Below, piece after piece: positions 8,642-18,500 of a stretch of DNA of 64,000 bases. The translations under genes were made by a program, and so were the position numbers. Below the pieces are notes generated by a model. It was not told where the DNA came from. It saw only the letters and a list, made by a program, of their open reading frames with translations, and ran no database searches. The stretch comes from a virus. The number at the start of each line of letters is the position of its first letter. The stretch's first letter is position 1. The stretch lies in the IMG/VR virus record IMGVR_UViG_3300021170_000010, positions 38,900 through 102,899 of that record; one strand, written 5' to 3'.

Positions 8642-8998
8642 CTAGTACCCCATCTCCCGTTCTTCGCGCTCATCGCGGTAGCAGTCCGAGCAGACGCCGT
8701 TTTTGTAGATGCGCGGCCAACCGCGCAGGTTCGGAGTTGCGCCGCATTCGCGGCACTTGCGCGGAGCGGGTTTGCAGTCGAGGCAGATCGTGTACGGCTC
8801 CTTGATCGACTTGCCGCACTTCGAGCACTTGCCGGGAACGCGCGGTGCTTCCGCCGGAGCGTCCGCGACGATCTTCTGCGCGTCGGCTAGCTTCGCGCTC
8901 GTGATCGTCCAGCACTTGGAGTCGGCGTCCCACTTCGCGCCGAGCGCTTTAAGCGCATCCTTGACGGGATACGTATTACCGGTGATCTTGGCTTGCAT
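8642..8998 (-). CDS. DUF5710-like N-terminus plus two zinc-ribbon motifs
   Basis: TYPVKDALKALGAKWD..KCW; CSKC..CLDC; CREC..CSDC. Confidence 0.65.
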   Translation of the reverse strand: MQAKITGNTYPVKDALKALGAKWDADSKCWTITSAKLADAQKIVADAPAEAPRVPGKCSKCGKSIKEPYTICLDCKPAPRKCRECGATPNLRGWPRIYKNGVCSDCYRDEREEREMGY

Positions 8999-9000
8999 GG

Positions 9001-9162
9001 CTAGTTAACTCCCTTCGCGGCTAGGATCTCAGCGATGGTCGCGGTGGCCGTCTTCCGCACCGGAGGCGTTAGCGGCCTGCGGTCATTGATCAGGTTGCGG
9101 GTGGACATGAGGATCAGCGCGTACTGCGCGTCCAGGATGCGGGCGTTCATGCGTGCGGTCAT
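9001..9162 (-). CDS. hypothetical protein (53 aa)
   Basis: Hand-translated MTARMNARILDAQY...; AAGGAG RBS. Confidence 0.55.
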   Translation of the reverse strand: MTARMNARILDAQYALILMSTRNLINDRRPLTPPVRKTATATIAEILAAKGVN

Positions 9163-9260
9163 TGTGAATTCTCCTTGGGAGAACGCTCTCTGCGTAAACC
9201 CGAATAGCGGCTCTCACGAGCGGCTATTTTCGACCGGATCTCACGGTCTCTTCAGGGGTC

Positions 9261-9797
9261 TTAGATACCGAACGCGCTGACGTCGATCTCGACGGCCTGC
9301 GGCACTTCGACCGTCGGATGGTCGATCAGGCCGAGCGCGTCCGCGATTACCGCCGTGATCGGATTCGCGATGCCGAGCATCACGCTGTAGCGCTCCGCTT
9401 TCTCGTTGCGCGTTTCGGCCCACGCTGCGTAATTCCACGACGTAGCGGGCGGAGGCGTAAGCGCCTTATCAAGTAGCTTCTGCGCGACCTTGCGCCACCG
9501 CGCTTCCGGCGTCATCTTGCGGAGTTCCGCAGCCATTCCGGAGCACGTCGGAAGCGAGCCGTCCGGCATACAGATCTGGTAGCCGTCCACCCCACCGCGT
9601 CCCTTGCGAATGTCCTTCTGGCCATATGCGAGAAGCGTTCCGGGCTCGGCGTCGAACGAAAACTCTCCGGCCTGTCCCCAGCGTCCGTCCCAGTCGAGGA
9701 ACGTAAAGTTTGCGGTCAGCGAAGTCGTCACGATTGCCATCCACGGCTTGCCGTAGCGCTTCTCGTTGTAGGGCGAGGTCTTCTCGGTATACGTCAT
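9261..9797 (-). CDS. hypothetical protein, first gene of the leftward operon
   Basis: Start MTYTEK at 9797 with AAAGGAG RBS. Confidence 0.65.
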   Translation of the reverse strand: MTYTEKTSPYNEKRYGKPWMAIVTTSLTANFTFLDWDGRWGQAGEFSFDAEPGTLLAYGQKDIRKGRGGVDGYQICMPDGSLPTCSGMAAELRKMTPEARWRKVAQKLLDKALTPPPATSWNYAAWAETRNEKAERYSVMLGIANPITAVIADALGLIDHPTVEVPQAVEIDVSAFGI

Positions 9798-9840
9798 GAT
9801 GTCTAATCTCCTTTGATCTGTTCGCGTCATCAGCGGCACC

Positions 9841-10320
9841 GCGTGAAGGTCAGATCATTGCCGCCATAGGGATGGCTTTCCATCCCCTTGCTGTTTCATC
9901 GTCCCGATTCGTTTATCGTTAGTTGCGTCTCGGGCCGTTCCCGCTTCCGCCCTTCTTCCGTCGGACCGTTCCAGCTTTACTGGCGTCTCTGATCGGCTTT
10001 CTCGGGCGTCTTCGGCTCTAGTAGATTTCGCGTATCCCCCTGGCCTCGGAAGTTATCCATCTCGTCCCGGTCTCGAATCTTTCGCGCGGCGCGCTTACTG
10101 TCGGGTGGAAGTTTTCGGAACCGGTACGGGCGGAGGGTTTCGCTATTCTCTATTTCGTATTCGCTGCCGCTGGCGGACGACTTCTCCGCTTTATTTTTCC
10201 TCCGCGAACTATCGGGAGGCGCGTTCCTGATGAGAAAGAGCTTCGTGTCGAGGTCTACTTCAGATCAAGTCCAGACCGGTTGCTTTCCGCCGCTTCGGTC
10301 TGTTCTAACGTCTTCACGCT
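9841..10320 (-). ncRNA. candidate large structured ncRNA or 5' leader (~480 nt)
   Basis: No ORF of 60 aa or more; 5' GCGUGAAG..GUUAGA pairs with 3' UCUGAC.CUUCACGC; several nested stems; purine-rich on the minus strand; starts just after a TAAGAT -10-like hexamer. Confidence 0.6.
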
Positions 10321-10453
10321 TTCTATCTTAATACAAGCTAGCTGGAAAAGCTAGAAAAAACGCGTATTTATTTTTCCTACCTAAACCCTTTAGATTCAGC
10401 AAAACTACAAAAGCAGGTAGACGGATTAGGCGCAGGTAGCGTAGGATTAAGAT
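10321..10453. promoter_or_regulatory. AT-rich divergent promoter region
   Basis: Minus-strand TAAGAT (10330-10325); plus-strand TAGGAT (10442-10447) 6 nt before ATG 10454. Confidence 0.5.
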
Positions 10454-10654
10454 ATGGAAGCGAGTTCGAAGCGCGGCCCGATGCCGCTCGCCTGTCCGTA
10501 CTGCCGCCGTCCGTTCGCTGAAGAGTTCGTGATCTCCCTATTTTCGAGCTGGCGAAGCCTTAAGCGGAAGGTCTTTAGCGGAGGAAGGCTCGGAGGACGT
10601 CATCCGAAGGGATGCGCGTGCGGGCGCTGCGAGTGGTCGCGCGATGCTACCTAA
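10454..10654 (+). CDS. small Cys-rich basic protein (possible DNA-binding regulator)
   Basis: CPYC...GGRLGGRHP..CACGRC; overlaps the TnpB start. Confidence 0.55.
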   Translation: MEASSKRGPMPLACPYCRRPFAEEFVISLFSSWRSLKRKVFSGGRLGGRHPKGCACGRCEWSRDAT

Positions 10655-11780
10655 AATGATCCGCTCGTTCGAGTTCCGATTAAAGCTAACAAAGGCGCAG
10701 TTTCTGGCTTTCGAAGAAATCCTTCGCGATTCCTGCGAGACGTATAATGCCGCGCTCCAGGAGCGTAGGGATGCGTGGAGGATTTGCCGGAAGAAGATTA
10801 CGCTCTATGATCAGTATAATGAATTAACGGAACTGCGCCAAGATCCGCGCTTCGCGACCATTTCCGCTGAAATTCAGCGTGATCCTTTGCGTCGTATCGA
10901 CCGCGCGTTTAAAGCGTTCTTCCGCCGCTGTAAGCGCGGAGAAAAGCCAGGATATCCGCGCTTTAAATCACGCGATCACTACCATTCCTTCGCGTGGGGT
11001 TCTCCAGTTCTAAATCCCGATTCTATCCGTATTCCGAATCTCGGCTTAGTCCGCTATAAGGCCCACCGCCCGCTAGCCGGGACTCCGAAGCAGATCGTCG
11101 TGAAGCGCGTCGGAAAGAAGTGGATCGCGCGGATAGTCTGCGATCTTGGCCCAGCACCGTCGAAGGTGGCCATCTTAAATGCGGTCGGAATCGACCTCGG
11201 ACTGACGACGTTTGCTACGCTTTCGGACGGTTCCGAAGTACCGAATCCGCGCTTCGTTCAGAAGCACGCGCAGTCCATCGCGAGGGCGCAGAAGAATCTG
11301 GCGCGAAAGAAGCGCGGAAGTAAGAACCGGCTCCGCGCGAAAGAATCCGCGCGGCGAGCGTACCAGCGGATGGCGGACGCGCGGAAGAACTTCACGCATT
11401 ACATATCGAAGGAACTCGTGGCGCGGTACGACCTGATCGCGCACGAAGATTTGAAGATCGCGAATATGGCGCGAGGCCACTTCGCGAAGTCTATTTTAGG
11501 AGCGGCGTGGGGACAACTGCTATTTCAGTTAGCGTACAAGGCTGAGAGCGCCGGACGCTACGTGATAGCCGTTAATCCCCGGAATACGTCCCAGATCTGT
11601 TCACAGTGCGGCGCGCTAGTTCGGAAGAAACTCTCCGAACGTCAGCACGTCTGCGCCTGCGGAGCGGACCTGGGACGCGATCATAATGCCGCGATCAACG
11701 TATTGAACCTTGGGCTCGGTAGGAGCCTTGCAGCTGCGCAGGCGGCTTCAGAAGGATCAGTAAAATCCGCTACCCGCTAA
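10644..11780 (+). CDS. tnpB: IS200/IS605-family TnpB RNA-guided endonuclease
   Basis: HTH N-terminus, GYPRFK, RuvC GIDLG / HEDL / RDHNAAIN, Zn finger TSQICSQCG..CACG; catalytic D-E-D present. Confidence 0.95.
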   Translation: MLPKMIRSFEFRLKLTKAQFLAFEEILRDSCETYNAALQERRDAWRICRKKITLYDQYNELTELRQDPRFATISAEIQRDPLRRIDRAFKAFFRRCKRGEKPGYPRFKSRDHYHSFAWGSPVLNPDSIRIPNLGLVRYKAHRPLAGTPKQIVVKRVGKKWIARIVCDLGPAPSKVAILNAVGIDLGLTTFATLSDGSEVPNPRFVQKHAQSIARAQKNLARKKRGSKNRLRAKESARRAYQRMADARKNFTHYISKELVARYDLIAHEDLKIANMARGHFAKSILGAAWGQLLFQLAYKAESAGRYVIAVNPRNTSQICSQCGALVRKKLSERQHVCACGADLGRDHNAAINVLNLGLGRSLAAAQAASEGSVKSATR

Positions 11781-11800
11781 TCTCTTCACGCTAGTTTTCT
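11690..11800 (+). ncRNA. putative TnpB omega-RNA overlapping the ORF 3' end
   Basis: Expected location for the family; hairpins GGCTC-GGTAG-GAGCC and GCTGC-GCAG-GCGGC; boundaries uncertain. Confidence 0.45.
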
Positions 11801-12178
11801 TCGGCATAGGCCGGAGCGCTCTTCATACCATCGCTTCCACTCCTGTGAATCCGCTTCAACGTCTTCTCCGAGAATCATCGTCCGGAATCCGCGCTCACGC
11901 ATAGAGTCGTGCCAGACCCGCTGCGCTAGCGATACGCGGCCATCCTTGGCCTTCGTCTCGATAAACAGGACTTGGCATAGGGTCCGGTCTTCCGCGCCGA
12001 CTACGGGCCGCTGGCAAAGCAAATCTGCGGTACCAGGCAAGTAACCCGGCGGAAGAACCTGCCCCGGTCGATATCCAGGATCGGTTACTGTCACGGTCCA
12101 TCCGTCAAGAGCCAGGATCGTCACTATCGCGCTCTGAATGGCGCTCTCGCGGACCCGGACCTTGGCACGCTTCTTCAT
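11786..12178 (-). CDS. VRR-NUC domain nuclease
   Basis: ESAIQSAI...GTADLL...FIETKAKDGRVSLAQ..W (PD-(D/E)XK). Confidence 0.85.
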   Translation of the reverse strand: MKKRAKVRVRESAIQSAIVTILALDGWTVTVTDPGYRPGQVLPPGYLPGTADLLCQRPVVGAEDRTLCQVLFIETKAKDGRVSLAQRVWHDSMRERGFRTMILGEDVEADSQEWKRWYEERSGLCRRKLA

Positions 12179-12555
12179 CGGTATTCGATCTGGTACTCTC
12201 CCGGCAGCATGTCCGGTATAGACCACTTGCCGTCGATAACCGGCGCGGCAGTCTTCTCTCCTAGCGCGTTCGTCGCCACGACCTCGCGGGCATCGGCGGT
12301 TCCCGAGAGGATCACCCGACCGGGGTGGGCTGGGTCGGTGGAGGTGGTATATGGTTTCACCACCTCTGCGGACTTCTCAATCACCATCACATCTGCATCC
12401 TTTGCCCAAGCTCGATAGAATTGAATGCCCTGCTGCCATTCAGGAAACACAAGCTGTACTAATCCCTGAGTAACACGTGCGACCGTAAAATTCTGATCCC
12501 ATTTGCGCAGCACATCTCCCGGCCTCGGGTCCACTCGCGGATCGCGCTCACTCAT
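12175..12555 (-). CDS. hypothetical protein
   Basis: Start MSERDPRVDPRPGD at 12555. Confidence 0.55.
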   Translation of the reverse strand: MSERDPRVDPRPGDVLRKWDQNFTVARVTQGLVQLVFPEWQQGIQFYRAWAKDADVMVIEKSAEVVKPYTTSTDPAHPGRVILSGTADAREVVATNALGEKTAAPVIDGKWSIPDMLPGEYQIEYR

Positions 12556-12731
12556 TGCGGTAACTCCACACGGAAACGAAGCCGGCAATGTGGGCATTTA
12601 TAGTAGTCGCAGCACCCTTCGGAGCATTCACCATCGTCAATCGCATCGGGATGCTGGACACCACCCGCCGTTCCCATAGACACATTCCAAGGAGCATACT
12701 TCGTGCAGACGTACGCATTGCGCTCACTCAT
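12552..12731 (-). CDS. small zinc-ribbon protein (59 aa)
   Basis: Hand-translated MSERNAYVCTK...HPDA...CCDYYKCPHCRLRFRVELPQ. Confidence 0.6.
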   Translation of the reverse strand: MSERNAYVCTKYAPWNVSMGTAGGVQHPDAIDDGECSEGCCDYYKCPHCRLRFRVELPQ

Positions 12732-13038
12732 GGCCCACCGCCTTCAGCGCGGCGCGGCAAATCGCCAGCGGCGCAGTATCGGCCCACTCGATATGTTTTT
12801 CTCCGTCGCTCATCTCAATAATGCAGCGCCATATCATTTGGCCGTCCTTGAAGCCGGGAGCGTGGACAGCGGGGTATGTGTCAATCGCCTTGAATATCTT
12901 CACGTCACGTTGCGAACTCAGCTTCTTCGCTTCTATGAGGAATGCTACTGCCTGACGTTTTGTACTTTTCCCGAACGTCCAAGATGACTCTACTTCTTCC
13001 GGCTTCCAGCAGACTACGTAGCGCGTTATCCGCTTCAT
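12724..13038 (-). CDS. phage ABA-sandwich-like protein
   Basis: C-terminal ADTAPLAICRAALKAV motif. Confidence 0.6.
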   Translation of the reverse strand: MKRITRYVVCWKPEEVESSWTFGKSTKRQAVAFLIEAKKLSSQRDVKIFKAIDTYPAVHAPGFKDGQMIWRCIIEMSDGEKHIEWADTAPLAICRAALKAVGHE

Positions 13039-14786
13039 CCCTTTACCTCGATTCCGAAGGCCGCACGGATGCGCTTCTGCAACTCCTCAATACAGCCGTT
13101 CCACCCGGCTCCGTACAGCGGCCCAATAAAGCACTCGGTCATCTTGCTACCCTCGATCTTCTTCATGCACTCCTCCGCCGTCTTCCGCTGGACGCGGAGC
13201 AAGGTGTCGGCAATGCGACTATTCAGTACCGGAGCCTTTAGCTTTGATACTCTCTGTGCCTGCTTCAGTGCTTCTTCGCGGTCCATCATTTACCCTCCAC
13301 GATTGGCCGCAGGATCGCAGCCAGGGCTTTAATGCGAGTCAGGGCGTCGGCATGAATGACATTCCACGTTCGATCATCAATCAACGCCGAAGCACCATTA
13401 CATAGCATCTCTACAAGTAAATCTTTGTAATCCCATCGGTGCTCATCCGTCAGCCGCTCCTCAACCTGCCAGAGCGTGTCAAGGTCTAGGAGACGCGGGT
13501 GCCAAGCCATGCCACCCGCGTCAGTTTGCATTAACAACCACCACCGGTTCTGTGGCCAGCCGGTACTCCAGTAAGGCGGCAGTTCTGGCTTCGGACTCAT
13601 GAACGTGCAGATTACTTCCTCGTCGCTCATTAGAAGTTCCTCCGAAATGCACCACACTTAGGGCAGCTTTCAAACCGTCTCCATCCGTCTTCTGCTTTCC
13701 AACTATGAGTGCATAGTCTCCTTTCAATCATTTCGTTTGATAACTTGTCGCAGATCGCCTCGCGCTCTCGTCTAGCAACAAGCTCTCTTTCGAGTTCTGC
13801 CACGCGCCGTTCAAGCTCGTCGCTCATTTGGAGCACCTCCAATGCCATCAGGTAATCCTTCGATGATAAAGCGAACCATTTCCTTTGCCTGATCTGCCGA
13901 GAGAAGATTCGTACCGACTGGTTCATATGTGTGATTGTTCGGATTCAGCTTCTTGGCAGCATTCGCATCGAACTGAATGCCGCAATCCGGCTGAAAGTCC
14001 TTCGGCAGTCTCCATTGCAGGAAACGATTTACCATGTGCGTGATTTGTTCGTCGCTCATTTGCGGGCCTCCAGTGCGGTGTTAAGTCGTTTTACTCCACA
14101 TAAGCACTCTGCCGGGCAAAAGCACTGACAATCTTGCGCCGCCGCCTCGATCTTGCGGAGGGCGGCGAGTTCCTGCGTAGCGTATTCTAGTTGACCGACT
14201 GTAGACGAAGAATACTCACGCCATGAAGCAGTAGCATCGGCCTCGCGGTACTCCGCTATGAGGCGGGGAAGGCGCTCGCGGAGGCACGCGAAGAAGTATG
14301 CGGAGAGGTCATTGGACGGAGATATGGATTGCTGTAATTGCTCCAGTTCCTCGCAGATCTCCGCTATCGGTTGTTCGTCAGGCATTTACAGATCCTCCAG
14401 GAAGCAGCCACCGTCAATCTTCTCGGGAAACGCCATCGTCTCCGCATCGCGTCCAAAATTCCAATCACAGCAGAGTTGATGAGCATCCTCGAATGTGAAA
14501 TTACCTTTGAAGCGCGTTGGTAGGATAGCGCGTGAGATTATCCGATACTCCTTGACGGACGGAGGCAGTTCACTCATAGCTTTCCTTTCATCGCGGCGTC
14601 GGAATATTCAACTCCAGGCAGACAGATACTAAGCTTCGGGGCAGCGCACATATGAGCACCTTGCCATCCTGGATTAGTATCATCATAACGTCGGTGCATA
14701 GCTTCTCCGATTTTGTTCACCGATGATAATCCTTTAACTCTTTGCCGATCTCTCCATCTCTTAACGGCTTCCGTACTTTTGGCCAT
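13035..14786 (-). other. run of short coupled hypothetical genes (13035-13289, 13286-13630, 13630-13827, 13811-14059, 14056-14385, 14386-14577, 14574-14786)
   Basis: Overlapping stop/start codons; several begin MSDE/MSE. Confidence 0.55.
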
Positions 14787-14793
14787 AGGATAT

Positions 14794-15630
14794 TTATAGA
14801 ATCGGAAATACCTCAGCCTTCATCTGAGGAACGCGGAGCGGATTTGAGTACCCTTCCGGAAGGAACGGCTGAAGATCGCGCTTGATATAATGGCGCGCTC
14901 CGGTATCTACCAGGACTTCAATAACGTCCGCCGTGAATTTCTTCCAGTCGGTCGTCTTCGTTAACCCGATGTAATTCACGCGTCCGATCTTGTAGAGATC
15001 AACGAAGGTATGAGTCTGACGGATGATCTCAAGCGTCGCAGCCGTATCGAGCACCGGCTCTAAGCTGACCCAGGTGAAGATTCCGTTTTCGTGAAACGCG
15101 CGCAGCGCTTCGATCCGCTTCGCCGGAACCGCCGCATCGCGCTCCCACTTTAGTGAGAAGTTCTCGTCGAGCGAAGTGAGCGTAGACGCGAAGGCGTCTC
15201 TTCCTGACCGGAAGATTTCCATATCCATGAGAGCCTTCGTGCCGCCCTTCGTAAGAGTACATATCCCGAGGCCGTATGCCTGTAGGACTTCGAGCGTCTG
15301 GCGCGTTAGCGTTGTATCTCCAGGAGCGTATGGATCGGTAGTAAAGGAAAGCATCACCTGCTCCGTGATACCAAGAGTCTGATACTTGCGCGCATCCTTC
15401 TCCAGATTGCGGAGGAAGTTCTCGCGCGGCACGGCTCCGGCATCGAATTCTTCGCGCGTCATCCGCAGTACGTTCGGCACGTAGCAGTAGGCACACTTGT
15501 GCCCGCAGCCGCGATACGGATTGGTCGCTAAGGCTGAATATTCACCGGCTTGTCCGGACGGCGCGTAGATGATTGAGCAGCCTTTTACGCTCACTCCGTC
15601 GGCATTAAGTTGAGGTTTTACTTGAGTCAC
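14794..15630 (-). CDS. radical SAM protein, SplB/Rv2578c-like
   Basis: NPYRGCGHKCAYCY; FTTDPY; LTKG; RIEAL; WVSLEP. Confidence 0.85.
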   Translation of the reverse strand: MTQVKPQLNADGVSVKGCSIIYAPSGQAGEYSALATNPYRGCGHKCAYCYVPNVLRMTREEFDAGAVPRENFLRNLEKDARKYQTLGITEQVMLSFTTDPYAPGDTTLTRQTLEVLQAYGLGICTLTKGGTKALMDMEIFRSGRDAFASTLTSLDENFSLKWERDAAVPAKRIEALRAFHENGIFTWVSLEPVLDTAATLEIIRQTHTFVDLYKIGRVNYIGLTKTTDWKKFTADVIEVLVDTGARHYIKRDLQPFLPEGYSNPLRVPQMKAEVFPIL

Positions 15631-17747
15631 GATCTCCCCTTCTTCGTCCGCTTGATCTCGACCACGCGCTCCGGTTCGCGCTTCTCACCGATCACCGGCG
15701 ACGGCTTCCAGCGCGGAACGTCGAAGCGCGGAGCCGGAAAGAAGTTGATCTTCGAAGGTCGCGTGCCGCCGCAGCGGTTGCACGTTTCGATGCCGTCCTG
15801 CGGCCACTGGTATTGATGGCGGCAGAGGATCGAATTTAGGATGGCCAGAAACGGGTTCACGGCTTTACCTCGGTAGGCGTATCCGCTTTCGGGGTTGATC
15901 TATCCCATTTTCGTACGGGAGTATCGAACCATTTACGGTATCCAGCTATTGCTAACGCTATCGAGCGGCGGCTCGCGAGCGCTGCGGAGGCCACGCGTTC
16001 GGCGGTCCGCTTCATTTCCAGGTCGCGGTTCGCCGCCTCACGCGCTAATTGAAGCGTCTTCTGCGTGGCCGCGAGTTCTGCTTCGAGTTCGGCTATCCGC
16101 CTCGCCTGTTCCTGAGACTGAGCAACGTGAACGCGCGTTGATTCTTCGCGGTCCGGATCGTAGTCCATCTGGTGGTGCTGGTATCCGCTCATCCGATAAC
16201 CTCCGCGAAGATCTCCGGAGCCTTCTCGCGGAAGGCGTCTATTACCACGTCGTGCGTGATCCGTCTGCCTTCTAGGACGTCGAGATGGTTGCGGACCTCC
16301 TGAGCGTCGCGGAACTTCGTTACGCGCTGGAAATCCGATAGCTGGCCTTCGAGGACTTCAACTTGATCTTCCGCGATGCGCATCCGCGAAGCGTATTCTT
16401 CGGCTAGCGCTTCGGCCTTCCGCAGTGCCATGACGAGTCCGAGTTCTTCACCGACCTTGATCAGGCAGGCCGGAGTCGCGGACGGATTCTTACCGAAGTG
16501 GTCTTCCGCCGCGCCCCAGACCGTGAACGTCTCGCCGCAGTGATAGCAGGTCCAGCCGTGCGGCGGCTTAGGGTAGGTTCCGTAAGAAGCTTCGATCATG
16601 GCGTATTCCTTTCTCGATGATTGATAAATGAATTAGCTTACGACGGAAGCAACAAACAGAAGGACTCCGGGGACGAATAGCCACGGATGACGCAGCGCAG
16701 CCGGAGAAAATACCAACCCGCCGCTAAAGTAAGCCATCCAGATTGGAATCAATTCGACTATCGTCCGCTTGATCTCTGAGAAGTCCTTTTCGGGGAGGAT
16801 GTTCATTTTCTCTTCTCCTGCGCGCGCCTGATGTCGGACTTCAGACATTCGATCTTCATCTCGATGCTCTCGCGGACTTCTGCGAGCGCGTCGAGCGTCT
16901 CCTCCTGGCTGACGCTCGTATCGGAGAATATGTTATCCACCGCTTCGATAGCCAACGCGATCTTCCTCTTCATCTCTTCCTCCAATACATAATCCACGCT
17001 TCGATTAACGTCTTCCCGCGTCCCTGCCGCCGTTCCGGGTCCTGGAAGTCTACGACCCACGGACGATGCGCTCCCGGCAGATAATCGATGCCGGAAGTGA
17101 AGAGCGGCAGGACGTCGCCGAGAATCCGCTGGATCATCTCCGCGCCTTCTTCTTCCGCTCGACCGCGCAGTCGCAGTTCATAAACGGCTTGAAGCAGTTC
17201 GAGCAGCGCGTTTCCGAGACTTCCACGATCTTTTCTTTGCCTAGCTGAGAACGTAGCTTCATCGCGTTTCGATAGACCGGCGGGATCTTCTTGCCGTACG
17301 TATAGCAGGTGACGAATTCGTTCCCTGGATAGTTAAGGTTCGATATCACGTGCTCGGTGAGAGCGACGAGCACGTCCGCGAGTTCCTGGTAGGACGGAGC
17401 GCTCATACTCCGCCCCGCGCTTTAGCAAGAGCGGAATCGGCTGCGTCGCAAGCCATACCTAAATCCGCGAGAAGTTCGGAATCAGCCGTACTTGAAAATA
17501 GATCGCGTATTTCGGATCGAAGACGTTCCAGCGCCTCGTAGAGTTCCGACGCTGCGGCGTATAGATGAGCATTCCCCGGACCTTCCGGAGTGCCGGAGCA
17601 GGAATGATGATTCATCACCTGAGCGAGCCAGCAGGCATCTTTATCCGAGACGATCTCGAAGCAATCGACGCGCTGGCCGCAGATTACTACTTTCTGCTTG
17701 ACGTCCGAAACGCGGTGAGGCCCCGGCGTCCATAATCCATTCGGCAT
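15627..17747 (-). other. run of short coupled hypothetical genes (15627-15860, 15857-16192, 16189-16599, 16633-16806, 16803-16973, 17134-17406, 17403-17747)
   Basis: Coupled ORFs; 16189-16599 has a C2H2-like WTCYHC..F..H; 16633-16806 is hydrophobic; 17403-17747 has WTPGP...NA.L.AAA.ELYEAL. Confidence 0.55.
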
Positions 17748-17751
17748 AAAT

Positions 17752-18321
17752 CTATGGCCTAACCTTCCGAATAAGATCCGCCTCGCACTTCGGAGGCTTC
17801 GGTACTTCGTGCGCGGCTTCGAACGTCTTAATCTGGCGTTCCATCTTCTGATGGATCACCTCGAAGCTATCTTCGACTGGCCTATGCTGAGAAATCGCAT
17901 CCGCAATCTTTTGGTCATCTCTGGCATAGGAATCCAGAATCTGGATATACTTCGAACGGACGCACGGGTCTTTGATAGAGTTTGCCCATTCTCGTATGCA
18001 GGCGATCCGGAGATCGTTCGCCTTGACTTCGTTTAGCGAGTGATTCTCCGACGGATTAAGGTAGAGAACGGGGTTGAGCTTCCGTATCACCGCATACGTT
18101 CCGCCTTCTTCGTCGCAGGGAACCTCTTCGGGGATAATCGCGTTGCCGCGAATAGAACTACTCTGCGAGTTCTTCTGAACCGTACCAGCGGAAACCGGAC
18201 TGGTTCCGGCTTCGAAGGTATAGACCGGAGTGACGTGGTCCCAATACGTAACGAATAGTAGCGCGCAGATTATGACTACCGCGAATATGGGTACGCCCGC
18301 AATATCCAGAAATCGTTTCAC
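17752..18321 (-). CDS. membrane-anchored protein
   Basis: N-terminal hydrophobic helix IAGVPIFAVVIICALLFVTYW. Confidence 0.6.
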   Translation of the reverse strand: MKRFLDIAGVPIFAVVIICALLFVTYWDHVTPVYTFEAGTSPVSAGTVQKNSQSSSIRGNAIIPEEVPCDEEGGTYAVIRKLNPVLYLNPSENHSLNEVKANDLRIACIREWANSIKDPCVRSKYIQILDSYARDDQKIADAISQHRPVEDSFEVIHQKMERQIKTFEAAHEVPKPPKCEADLIRKVRP

Positions 18322-18500
18322 GCCATCCTCCGCGCCGTAAGCCTTTCAATATCCGCCCGCCAGATCATCCATTTATGATTGCCTGGTTGCTTTTCGCCAG
18401 GGATCTTCTTCGAATGCAGCCAGCGACGTATCGTCGTCGCCTTTACTCCGTAGATCGACGCTACCTCATCGATTGTTATAAATTCGCTCTGCGCGTCCAT
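18318..18500 (-). CDS. excisionase-like helix-turn-helix DNA-binding protein
   Basis: ITIDEVASIYGVKATTIRRW...IPG.K....W. Confidence 0.8.
   Translation of the reverse strand: MDAQSEFITIDEVASIYGVKATTIRRWLHSKKIPGEKQPGNHKWMIWRADIERLTARRMA

Noticed and set aside
9815-10260. CTGATGA hammerhead-core-like motifs (minus strand ~9825-9832; plus strand ~10227)
   Set aside because: No stem II followed by GAAA and no matching stems I/III.
10423-11782. Gapped inverted similarity between 10423-10450 and 11763-11782 as TnpB element ends
   Set aside because: It needs three gaps, and IS200/IS605 elements do not use TIRs; likely chance.
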